Source: an uncultured virus (IMG/VR IMGVR_UViG_3300024268_004105)
Taxonomy: Duplodnaviria; Heunggongvirae; Uroviricota; Caudoviricetes
IMG/VR virus record: IMGVR_UViG_3300024268_004105
Direction: 5' to 3' (one strand)
Length of the DNA stretch: 20,000 nt
The stretch's first letter is position 1. Each line of letters starts with the position of its first letter. The translations under genes were made by a program, and so were the position numbers. The notes under the pieces are model-generated. The model saw nothing but the letters and a program-made list of their open reading frames with translations, did not search any database and was not told where the DNA came from. Of this stretch, positions 7,222 to 15,290 are shown piece after piece.

Positions 7222-8718
7222 CTATGCATACTTAAATGCAGCTTGTCCATCATTTTCTGTATACATAATTGGATTAGGACATCTTTTTCCCTCCTGCAGA
7301 TAGTAACAATTCTCCATTACAAGTTCTTCAGCCATAATAGGCACTACCGAGTTTCCGATTCTTTTGACCTGCTCTCCTGTCGGATACTTCTTCCAGTGGT
7401 AGTCTCTGTCGATGATGTAGTCCTTAGGAAACCCTTGCATCACCTTCAGTTCTTCTGGCTTTAGCATTCGGAGAAAGATGTCGGCTATGATGTACTGCTC
7501 TCCTTCGATGCTGATCAGGACATTCACCAGTCCGAAGCGATCCTTCGTGGTTATGGTTGCCAGAGGCTCGTTCAGCTGCTGTCCGCATCCTGTTCCGTAG
7601 TATTTGATCAGAAATGCGCTGATTAGCCCGAAGTGTCCGGGCGATGTGGTTATCGTGTGGAGCGGTTCATCGCATCCCTGGCCGATCCCGGTCTTGTAGA
7701 ACTTCGTTATGAAGGCGGTGACTAGACCGTATCTATTGCTCGTGTCTATCGTTTTGAGCGGTTTGGTCATGTTCTGCCCTCGACTGTCTCCTTCTTTTTG
7801 CTCTCCGTGGTACTGGATGAGGAAGGCTGTCACGAGTCTGTTGTGGTCTACTGTTGTGATTGTGCTGCAGGGATTCCGCAGGTCACTTCCGCAGCCTTTG
7901 TAGTTTCCTCCGTATGCCTTGTCCAGGTATGCCATGAGGATCCTGTCTCCGTCCTTCACGATGTATGGTGTAGGATTCTCGATGATGTACTTTCGGATTC
8001 CATTTGCGATTCTTTTCTTCGTGGCTTCTGCGAGCGGTCTTTTTCTCGTGAATATCGAATTGCCTATGTCGCTCCAGTCGATGTAGTCTCCGCATTCGAC
8101 CCACTTCTTCTTTCCATCAGTGCCGTTTTTGTTGTGCGTAGGCTCTGGCCATCGTATTGCTCTGCCGTCTTTCCTGAAGATCGCATACCACCTTTTCCTT
8201 GTGGTCGGTGCTCCGTAGTCTGCGGCCACAAGTTCTCTGCTATCAAAGTCGTATCCGAGATTTTTCATCGCAGATATAAATTTGTCATAGTCTTCTCCCA
8301 TCCGTTCCTTGATCGGTCTTCCTGCCTCATCGAGCGGACCCCACTGTTGTATTTCTTCCACATTCTCCATGATCACCACATCCGGCATGATCGTCTTCGT
8401 ATGCTTGAATACTGCCCAGGGAAGAATGCGAAGACCTGAGTTTCTCGGTTGTCCGCCTTTAGCTTTGCTGTGACTTGTGCAATCTGGACTTGCCCACATA
8501 AGAGCAACCTTTTTACCTTGAACATATTTTTTTAGGTTAACTTTGAAAATATCCTCAGTTAAGTGAAGTGTATTGGGATGATTCATTTTATGCATTAGTA
8601 TAGCCTGTGGATCGTGATTAATTGCGATATCCACTTGACGACCAAGCGCTAGCTCTATACCAACTGAAGCTCCGCCACCTCCGGCGAAGCAATCAATGAT
8701 TAAATTATCGTCTCTCAT
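7222..8718 (-). CDS. C5-cytosine DNA methyltransferase, phage type, no cognate endonuclease in the window
   Basis: Motif I FAGGGG, catalytic SPDC, ENV, RKR, and motif X GNSV. The variable region holds four repeated ~35-aa units. Confidence 0.92.
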   Translation of the reverse strand: MRDDNLIIDCFAGGGGASVGIELALGRQVDIAINHDPQAILMHKMNHPNTLHLTEDIFKVNLKKYVQGKKVALMWASPDCTSHSKAKGGQPRNSGLRILPWAVFKHTKTIMPDVVIMENVEEIQQWGPLDEAGRPIKERMGEDYDKFISAMKNLGYDFDSRELVAADYGAPTTRKRWYAIFRKDGRAIRWPEPTHNKNGTDGKKKWVECGDYIDWSDIGNSIFTRKRPLAEATKKRIANGIRKYIIENPTPYIVKDGDRILMAYLDKAYGGNYKGCGSDLRNPCSTITTVDHNRLVTAFLIQYHGEQKEGDSRGQNMTKPLKTIDTSNRYGLVTAFITKFYKTGIGQGCDEPLHTITTSPGHFGLISAFLIKYYGTGCGQQLNEPLATITTKDRFGLVNVLISIEGEQYIIADIFLRMLKPEELKVMQGFPKDYIIDRDYHWKKYPTGEQVKRIGNSVVPIMAEELVMENCYYLQEGKRCPNPIMYTENDGQAAFKYA

Positions 8719-8748
8719 ATGATTTTCTCCTTATATATCTGTAGTAAA
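8716..8748. repeat. Imperfect direct repeat copy 2
   Basis: See 7164-7194. Both copies cover an RBS and a start codon. Confidence 0.75.
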
Positions 8749-8795
8749 TTGGCACTGATTCAAGAGCTATGTTAGCATCCTCACACAGTGCGTCA

Positions 8796-9539
8796 TTAAA
8801 AATTCACCGCCTCTTCTTTCGTAATAAAAAAGTGTATTCCTGTACTACACTCATCCCATCTATCTTCACAAAAATCATCAACTTCAACAACATCTCCAAC
8901 TCTATAAATAAAAGATTTATCATACGCAGAACAAGTTTGTGTTAATTGTTTTCCATCAAACCCTTCTATTTGGATAACTTCTGCTTTATTACATCTACAT
9001 TTTCTCGTAGTTGCCGAACTTCGCTTCGCATCCTCTGTTATTTTTAATGTTACAATTCCGTCGTGTGCTTTTTTAAATCCTATAAATGAACCGATTTCAG
9101 GGCAACTTAATGGATATATTAAATTTTTAGCCCCACGCAAGTCAGCACCATACAAGTTAGCACCACGCAAGTCAGCACCATACAAGTCAGCACCATACAA
9201 GTAAGCATCATTCAAGTTAGCATCACGCAAGTCAGCACCACGCAAGTTAGCCCAACGCAAGTCAGCACCATACAAGTCAGCACCATACAAGTCAGCATCA
9301 TGCAAGTTAGCCCCACACAAGTTAGCCCAACGCAAGTCAGCATCATGCAAGTTAGCCCAACGCAAGTTAGCATCACGCAAGATAGCCCAACGCAAGTCAG
9401 AACCACGCAAGTTAACATCAAGCAAGTTAGCCCCACGCAGGTCAGCACCATGCAAGTCAGCTTTCATATTTTCCCAGCCTTTGCAATCCTCTTCTATCCA
9501 ATGTTTATGTTTTTTTTAAATATCTTTTAAATTCATCAT
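8796..9539 (-). CDS. Pentapeptide-repeat protein with DUF5758-like C-terminus; in-frame TAA at codon 8 (intact ORF 8796-9467)
   Basis: A(D/N)Lxx repeats and C-terminal RSSATTRKCRCNKAEV...ECSTGIHFF. GGAGG RBS precedes ATG 9539, which is in frame with ATG 9467 except for TAA at 9516-9518. Confidence 0.85.
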
Positions 9540-9632
9540 TATTATCCTCCTATATATTCATCCTTCAGGAATCGTTCTTGTACCTTTTGATTCATAACTG
9601 CTTACCTCACCTTCTACGCCTATTTCTAAGAT

Positions 9633-10028
9633 TTATACTTTTAATGCTAAAATCAGAGCTTCTTCTCCTGTATCATTTTTTCCTCGCTTCTTGAGACATT
9701 TTTCTAATGTCTCATCATAGTCATATCTAAGCTTCTCAGATATTTCATCTGCTATAGTCAAAAATTTCTTCCGATAATATACTTGCCATTGAATATCATC
9801 CTGCTTTATATTATCTAATCCCCTAACATAATCTCTGAGCATTGAAACAATGAGAATCAAATCTCCGTACGAAAGTTTTACATCAATTTCATTCATGCTT
9901 TCTTTGGGATTGACAGCTCCTACAACATTTACTTCTCTATCATTGTTTTTTTGCTCCGCAAGATAATCAAAAAGACTTATCTGTACTGGTTTTGCACTCA
10001 AATTTTCTTCTTTATTCCTTTTTCTCAT
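9633..10028 (-). CDS. Hypothetical protein
   Basis: ORF with GGAG RBS before ATG 10028; contains QISLFD. Confidence 0.6.
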   Translation of the reverse strand: MRKRNKEENLSAKPVQISLFDYLAEQKNNDREVNVVGAVNPKESMNEIDVKLSYGDLILIVSMLRDYVRGLDNIKQDDIQWQVYYRKKFLTIADEISEKLRYDYDETLEKCLKKRGKNDTGEEALILALKV

Positions 10029-10032
10029 ATTA

Positions 10033-10524
10033 TTATTTTCTCCGACCCAATTTTTCATATTCCTCAATTGATATAGGTCGTATTTGGCTATTTAATAAAT
10101 CTCCAAATTCCATAAGAAGTTCCCCAGTCGATTCTTTATTAAAATATATAGTTATAGAGGGTGCTTTATTAAAATCATAATCACGCACCTCAATAGAGTA
10201 GCCCAGGTCAATAAGTTCCTCGATAAGCCAAGAAGGAACCTTACCTTTATCGCCCGATACAAATGCAAAAATTTGTCCACTTTCTATAGCGTTTTTTATT
10301 TCTTTCCAGACATTGTTGCACAAGCGAGGCTCTGTTAATTGATATGCCTCTTTGCATGACATCTTTTTATTTATATTGTTATTATTAGTCTCATTTTTAG
10401 TGTTAGATTTATTTGTAACTATTTCCTTTAAAAATTTAAAAAATTTAAATACAGCTATACAAGATAATATTGCGACCAATATAATAAAAATAATATCTTC
10501 TATAGGAATTGTAATTGTTTTCAT
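10033..10524 (-). CDS. Membrane-anchored hypothetical protein, paralogue of 12928-13293
   Basis: N-terminal hydrophobic helix, Asn-rich linker, and a domain shared with 12928-13293. Confidence 0.7.
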   Translation of the reverse strand: MKTITIPIEDIIFIILVAILSCIAVFKFFKFLKEIVTNKSNTKNETNNNNINKKMSCKEAYQLTEPRLCNNVWKEIKNAIESGQIFAFVSGDKGKVPSWLIEELIDLGYSIEVRDYDFNKAPSITIYFNKESTGELLMEFGDLLNSQIRPISIEEYEKLGRRK

Positions 10525-10823
10525 TTTTTCAATACCTCCATTATTTTAAGTACGTAGTATTCCTTATTTGGTTCTGCTCCCCATTCTTCCCTGCCGGTTT
10601 TTATATCAAGAGAACATAGTGCTTCAAATGATGGCGAACTTTTGGAATATCCATTACGAAATAATACCTTGCTTTGCCATTGTGTAGGCAGTCCATATTG
10701 ATCGAGGAAACCTTCGTGATACAATCTACTCCGATAATATGGCTTTATTTCTCTATACTCTTCCTTTTTCTTGCCTGAAAGAATCATATTGTACCACTTC
10801 TTTTTTATTGGTAAAATTAGCAT
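10521..10823 (-). CDS. ASCH/PUA-like domain protein
   Basis: LPIKKKWYNMILSGKKKEEYRE (GxKxxExR) and LFRNGY. The start position is uncertain. Confidence 0.75.
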   Translation of the reverse strand: MLILPIKKKWYNMILSGKKKEEYREIKPYYRSRLYHEGFLDQYGLPTQWQSKVLFRNGYSKSSPSFEALCSLDIKTGREEWGAEPNKEYYVLKIMEVLKK

Positions 10824-10957
10824 TTTATTTACCATCCTCTTGTCTCGATTTTTATAATTAAATGCACGCAATGCTTCTCATCTTGTTTTATTTGCTTCGC
10901 TCATATTTATTCTCCATTCTTATATTTGCCAAATTGCTTGCAATTAGTCTTCTTTGA

Positions 10958-11257
10958 TTATCGTAAGTTTTCTTTAACTTCGATAAAACAGTTAATATAT
11001 TTATAATTCTTGCCATCGCAAATAAAATCAATGTAACCACCACGACTATCAGTAGTAACGTTTGTAGCACCTTTGTATTCAGCTATCTTTTTTCCATTTG
11101 CGGTATATATGGTAATGTCTTTATTTGTTTGTGTTTTAGGTGGTATATCAAAGCCAGTTACTAATACAAAAATTGCTGCTATACAAAGTATCACAAATAT
11201 AGTAATAGCTATAGCACTTTTGATTTTTACAGTTTTCCTAAACTCTTTTTCGTCCAT
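10958..11257 (-). CDS. Single-TM/exported hypothetical protein
   Basis: AAGGAG RBS before ATG 11257, an N-terminal hydrophobic helix, then ITIYTANGKKIAEYKG. Confidence 0.6.
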   Translation of the reverse strand: MDEKEFRKTVKIKSAIAITIFVILCIAAIFVLVTGFDIPPKTQTNKDITIYTANGKKIAEYKGATNVTTDSRGGYIDFICDGKNYKYINCFIEVKENLR

Positions 11258-11288
11258 AAAAATCTCCTTATTGATTATCAATTTTGGC

Positions 11289-11324
11289 TCTTCAGTCATC
11301 CAAATTCTTGATGTATTCTTCAAG
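11289..11324. repeat. Perfect 36-bp direct repeat copy 1 (partner 12055-12090)
   Basis: TCTTCAGTCATCCAAATTCTTGATGTATTCTTCAAG is identical at both positions. Confidence 0.9.
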
Positions 11325-11356
11325 TCTGTTCATTTTTTCAGCATCTTCATCTATAT

Positions 11357-11527
11357 TTACCTTTTATCCATTTTATTCAGCTGTCTCCAGCTCTTAGGCT
11401 TAGGACATTCTTCCAGTGGATGCCCTTCACCATCATTCTTATATCCAAGACTACAGCCGTGAGCTTTGCCACATCTTGGATGAGAATCAGTCTCTGCAGC
11501 AAAACATCCTTTACAAGTTCGGTTCAT
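11357..11527 (-). CDS. Small Cys/His-rich protein (56 aa), not in the ORF track
   Basis: MNRTCKGCFAAETDSHPRCGKAHGCSLGYKNDGEGHPLEECPKPKSWRQLNKMDKR with an AAAGGAG RBS. Confidence 0.6.
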   Translation of the reverse strand: MNRTCKGCFAAETDSHPRCGKAHGCSLGYKNDGEGHPLEECPKPKSWRQLNKMDKR

Positions 11528-11584
11528 TATAATCTCCTTTCAGAACTATTCTTAAGTACCTTACTTATATAAATATTTTTTATT

Positions 11585-12007
11585 TTAAAAACTAAATGCA
11601 TCATTAGGCTTATAGCCTCTATTTAATCGTCCACGTACAATACTCTCTTTATCATCTAATTCTAAAGCACGAATTGCATCTGAAATAGATTGATATAGTA
11701 TTCCATATACAATGATGGGTTTCCCTTGTCGAGTTGTTTTTTTTGGTGTATTTAATGCTTCAGAAAGCGTATAGCCATATTTCAAACGATTATTTACAAG
11801 ATCAGGATCTTGTCCCTGTTCACGTATGATAGATACAAGTGGTTTTTCCTCAATGTAGCGACATCGATGATCAGTCAATAAGCATGCCTCATCAACTGAC
11901 ATACCACGACGAAGTCGTGCTCGTATTGTTGTTTCTTTTACTCCGCAATACTTTGAAAGTGCTTTTGTAGAGCTAAATTCCTTTCCGTCATATAAATATC
12001 TACCCAA
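11585..12007 (-). CDS. Repeated HTH-like DNA-binding protein resembling homing-endonuclease DNA-binding modules, no nuclease domain seen
   Basis: Three repeats ending in RLxxG(M/Y)xxxxA (RLRRGMSVDEA, RLKYGYTLSEA, RLNRGYKPNDA). TTG start after AAAGGAG. Confidence 0.6.
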   Translation of the reverse strand: MGRYLYDGKEFSSTKALSKYCGVKETTIRARLRRGMSVDEACLLTDHRCRYIEEKPLVSIIREQGQDPDLVNNRLKYGYTLSEALNTPKKTTRQGKPIIVYGILYQSISDAIRALELDDKESIVRGRLNRGYKPNDAFSF

Positions 12008-12054
12008 AGTACTATTTCTCCTTTCATAAGAAGTGCCTCACCACATGCGTTCAA

Positions 12055-12090
12055 TCTTCAGTCATCCAAATTCTTGATGTATTCTTCAAG
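12055..12090. repeat. Perfect 36-bp direct repeat copy 2, the 3' end of gene 12058-12435
   Basis: Identical to 11289-11324. Confidence 0.9.
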
Positions 12091-12435
12091 ACTTCGTGCT
12101 TCTGTACATTCAGGAATAACTTTGAGAAGATAAAACAATTTATTCATCAAATCCTTCTTTATCTCTTGTATTTTCTTTCTGTTTAATGCCTTTTCACATT
12201 CAAGTTCAGATTTTAAGTCTAAAAGCCTTTCATTCACCCTGTCTTTTTCGATGTATGCTTCAAGTTCTTCAATGGTTTTTTCAAGTCTGTTCATTTTGTT
12301 GTAATAACGATCATATCCTGTGTCATTGTAAGAACCCTTTGCATCCTGGTATTCTTCTTTTGCCTTATTCAAAGCATTTTCAATTGTCTTTGCCTTGTAC
12401 GCTTCGACCTTTTCTATCACTTCTTTTCCTGTCAT
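12058..12435 (-). CDS. Coiled-coil hypothetical protein
   Basis: 125-aa Glu/Lys-rich ORF with GAGGA RBS. Confidence 0.65.
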   Translation of the reverse strand: MTGKEVIEKVEAYKAKTIENALNKAKEEYQDAKGSYNDTGYDRYYNKMNRLEKTIEELEAYIEKDRVNERLLDLKSELECEKALNRKKIQEIKKDLMNKLFYLLKVIPECTEARSLEEYIKNLDD

Positions 12436-12445
12436 TTGCTATTCC

Positions 12446-12901
12446 TCACCTTCCTCTATGTCTGCGGATTTGTGGAGCTTCTGCCTGTGTCTCTTCGAGC
12501 CATGCGTTCAACATATCAGGAGCATACACACTTAATGCGTTTACCTGTGCTTCCATCATCCATCCCTCTGAAAGAACAAATTTATCATGCCATTCTTCGG
12601 GAATGTCTTTTAATTGTCCTTTCCAGAATGGATTTATCAATGGGTCACAATCGTCCATGCTATCTTTTGCATCAAGACGGACTTCGAGTTCTGGGTTCTT
12701 CTCCATGTAATCCTTGACACGGAAAAACTTATCTCCAGATGATACAATTCTCTCTTCTATAACTCCCTCATCAGTATCTATATTCAGACTATAAAAGGAG
12801 TTAAGGTCTAATGTGCTTGCATAATCATTACATTCTTTTTTGCTTCCTTGAAATAAGATTTTTCCGCTATCTTCTGTTTTTAGTGTTCCGAAAACAACCA
12901 T
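12446..12901 (-). CDS. Acidic hypothetical protein with basic C-terminal tail RRHRGR
   Basis: AAGGAGG RBS before ATG 12901. Confidence 0.65.
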   Translation of the reverse strand: MVVFGTLKTEDSGKILFQGSKKECNDYASTLDLNSFYSLNIDTDEGVIEERIVSSGDKFFRVKDYMEKNPELEVRLDAKDSMDDCDPLINPFWKGQLKDIPEEWHDKFVLSEGWMMEAQVNALSVYAPDMLNAWLEETQAEAPQIRRHRGR

Positions 12902-12927
12902 TGTAAAACCCTCCTTTTCTTTCATTT

Positions 12928-13293
12928 TTATTTTCTTTTACCAAGATTCTCGTAATCTTCATATGACAAGGGTACTTTTTTTGACTCAAAAGAATCTCCC
13001 TTTTTTATTAAAAGTTCCCCTTTAGCTTCCTTGTTGAAGTATATTGATAAAGTAGGGGCTATATCAAAACAGAATTCACTTACTTCGATAGAGTACCCTA
13101 ATTCAATAAGTTCTTTAATAAGATGAAGCGGTACCTTTCCTTCACTTCCATTAATGTGAGCGCAAATTCTTCCACATGATATAGAATCGTTAATTTTATT
13201 CCAAACATTGTCGCATATATGAGGCTCTGTTAATTGGTACGCTTTCTTGGCTGATATTCTTTTTATTTTTTTAAAGAAATTTTTATTTTTCAT
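12928..13293 (-). CDS. Hypothetical protein, paralogue of 10033-10524
   Basis: Shares AYQLTEP, GKVP, LGYSIEV and IYFNKE. The ATGA overlaps the GNAT stop. Confidence 0.7.
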   Translation of the reverse strand: MKNKNFFKKIKRISAKKAYQLTEPHICDNVWNKINDSISCGRICAHINGSEGKVPLHLIKELIELGYSIEVSEFCFDIAPTLSIYFNKEAKGELLIKKGDSFESKKVPLSYEDYENLGKRK

Positions 13294-13781
13294 AAACATT
13301 CTCCTTTCATATACAGATTACGATGTTTACCATATGAAAGTGTTATATTTTCAAGCACACACTTAAATCCGGCATTTTCTATGCTTTTGCAAGAAGAAAT
13401 ATTATCTTTATGTGCAGTAACCCACGCAAAATCGTAACAAGGTATAGCGATGCATAAATTTTTTTTTATCATTTCACTCGCCAGTCCGTATCCTCGGTAT
13501 TCAGGTAGCACGGCACCGTTCATAACTTCCAGTCCGATTTTATGGCAAAAGTCGTATTTTCCGTCTAAAAGTCTTTGAGGTACAGTGTCGTTAAAACACG
13601 AAAGAGAGAAACCTATAAGTTTTCTCTCATTAAATGCACCTACGCTCCAGCCTTGAGAAAGCACCTTATAATAGAACTCTTTGTCTGAGGGCTGATAGAA
13701 GTCCTTTTTGTAACACTTTTGCATAATGTCCCATATATCACACATATAGGAATTGTCTATTTTTTTTATTTCTAGGTTCAT
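13290..13781 (-). CDS. GNAT family N-acetyltransferase
   Basis: Acetyl-CoA motif VLPEYRGYGLA and C-terminal HKDNISSCKSIENAGF. AAAGGAG RBS precedes ATG 13781. Confidence 0.85.
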   Translation of the reverse strand: MNLEIKKIDNSYMCDIWDIMQKCYKKDFYQPSDKEFYYKVLSQGWSVGAFNERKLIGFSLSCFNDTVPQRLLDGKYDFCHKIGLEVMNGAVLPEYRGYGLASEMIKKNLCIAIPCYDFAWVTAHKDNISSCKSIENAGFKCVLENITLSYGKHRNLYMKGECL

Positions 13782-13845
13782 CTTGGAACTCCTTTTCATA
13801 CTTACACATCTTGCTCTTCTCTTATTTGCTCATTATTCATATATA

Positions 13846-14373
13846 TTATTCCTCATCCTTATTATTAGATTTTTCTTTTATTACATCTTTTAACTTAGAT
13901 TCTGCTAATTCAATCTCTTTATTTAGATCAGATAGCTTCTTTTTTTCAACAAGAAGTTCTTCTTTTGTAATTCCTTTAGAATATTCAACATGTTCGACAA
14001 GATCAGCCATGGACTGAATAACATTAAAAACAGCTGCTATCTCTTCATCCTCTAAATTACGTGTCAATTTATTAAATTGTGCAGAATGATCACGAGGTTT
14101 GGGATTGCCAAAAGGGAAAATATCATCAGGGTATATATTTAACGCATAAACTAATTTACAAAGATTGGAAAAAGTTATATTGCTTTGACCTGATTCGACT
14201 TTTTGAACCAAAGCAAGGCTTAAATTAGATGCTAACGCAACCTCATTAATGTTAAGCTTCATTTTAAGCCTTGCATTTCGAACCACTCGTCCCAAATTCC
14301 ACAACAAGTTTTTTATTTCAGCCTCATCATATAAAATATCTTTTTCATTATTATTATTTGAAATCACTTCCAT
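13846..14373 (-). CDS. XRE-family HTH regulator with C-terminal coiled coil
   Basis: LGRVVRNARLKMKLNINEVALASNLSLALVQKVESGQSNITFSNLCKLVYAL. Confidence 0.8.
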   Translation of the reverse strand: MEVISNNNNEKDILYDEAEIKNLLWNLGRVVRNARLKMKLNINEVALASNLSLALVQKVESGQSNITFSNLCKLVYALNIYPDDIFPFGNPKPRDHSAQFNKLTRNLEDEEIAAVFNVIQSMADLVEHVEYSKGITKEELLVEKKKLSDLNKEIELAESKLKDVIKEKSNNKDEE

Positions 14374-14382
14374 AAAATCCCC

Positions 14383-15288
14383 CTACGTTAGTGTAATTTC
14401 TTTATTTTTATACATCTGAAGAAGCTTTAGAATAACTACTTCCATATCATCCTTTGGTGTTCCTGGCGTAAAATACTCATATAGGCTTTCTTCTTTAAGT
14501 GCAACATTATTTTTCTTGATTTTTTCTTCCCTTTTGAATACATGACGCAGCATACCCGGCGTTATTTTTTCATCACTAGCATTACTTTTATAGTTTCTAA
14601 GATAATTTACCTCTTCTTCTTTTGGATAAAACTTATTTTCAATAAAAAATCTAAACATTATATCTTGTTCATCTTCATCAAAATACGAAAGACCTACTCC
14701 TGCAAGAAGAGGAATTTTGCCTTCGTCGACCAATGAAAGCATTTCGTCCGTTAAATATGAAAGTCTTATATATCTTCTTATTGTTCTTTCAGAATCAGAT
14801 GAATTAATTGATTCATTTATCGAATCTTCTTTCAAATCATTTCTAACTCCTTGGCGCCGACCTATAGCATCTTGTTTAATCCTATAGGCTTTTGCTTTTT
14901 CAGATATAGACAAATGTTCTCTTTTATTATTGGAATCGACCATTAAAATAGCTGCTAAGTCCATATCAATATCAAGTACATTTACAGGTGCAAAGTCTTT
15001 TTCAGCTATTTGCGACGCTCTCTTTCTTCGATGACCCGAAATAATAAAGTATGTAGATGGTTCATCAGCGTCTTCAATTGCTAGAATTGGCTCTTGCATT
15101 CCATACTCTTTAATAGATTCACTTAATTCCTCCATTGATTCATCATCAATAATTCTATACGGATGATTCGGGAATTCTTTAAGTTTATCCAACTCAATCA
15201 TTTCGAATCCCTTATTATTCTTCATAGAATCTTTCGATGATTTGAATAGATTGTCTAATGAAGATGTAACATTTGTAGTCTTTGCCAT
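14383..15288 (-). CDS. parB: ParB/Spo0J family partition protein
   Basis: LSESIKEYGMQEPI, CTP-binding IISGHRRKRA, NxxRExLS and an HTH region (TIRRYIRL). It lies directly downstream of parA. Confidence 0.9.
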   Translation of the reverse strand: MAKTTNVTSSLDNLFKSSKDSMKNNKGFEMIELDKLKEFPNHPYRIIDDESMEELSESIKEYGMQEPILAIEDADEPSTYFIISGHRRKRASQIAEKDFAPVNVLDIDMDLAAILMVDSNNKREHLSISEKAKAYRIKQDAIGRRQGVRNDLKEDSINESINSSDSERTIRRYIRLSYLTDEMLSLVDEGKIPLLAGVGLSYFDEDEQDIMFRFFIENKFYPKEEEVNYLRNYKSNASDEKITPGMLRHVFKREEKIKKNNVALKEESLYEYFTPGTPKDDMEVVILKLLQMYKNKEITLT

Positions 15289-15290
15289 TA

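Noticed and set aside
7195..8439. Alternative ORFs 7195-7464, 7709-7903, 7798-8439, 7883-8104, 8064-8246
   Set aside because: These are shadow frames of the MTase, favoured by its locally high GC.
3850..8718. Restriction-modification system
   Set aside because: No recognisable endonuclease lies next to either MTase, and both look like orphan phage-type enzymes.
9127..9467. 15-bp tandem repeats as a CRISPR array; ORFs 9212-9451 and 9300-9530
   Set aside because: There are no unique spacers. The period equals five codons of the pentapeptide repeat and the extra ORFs are its alternative frames.
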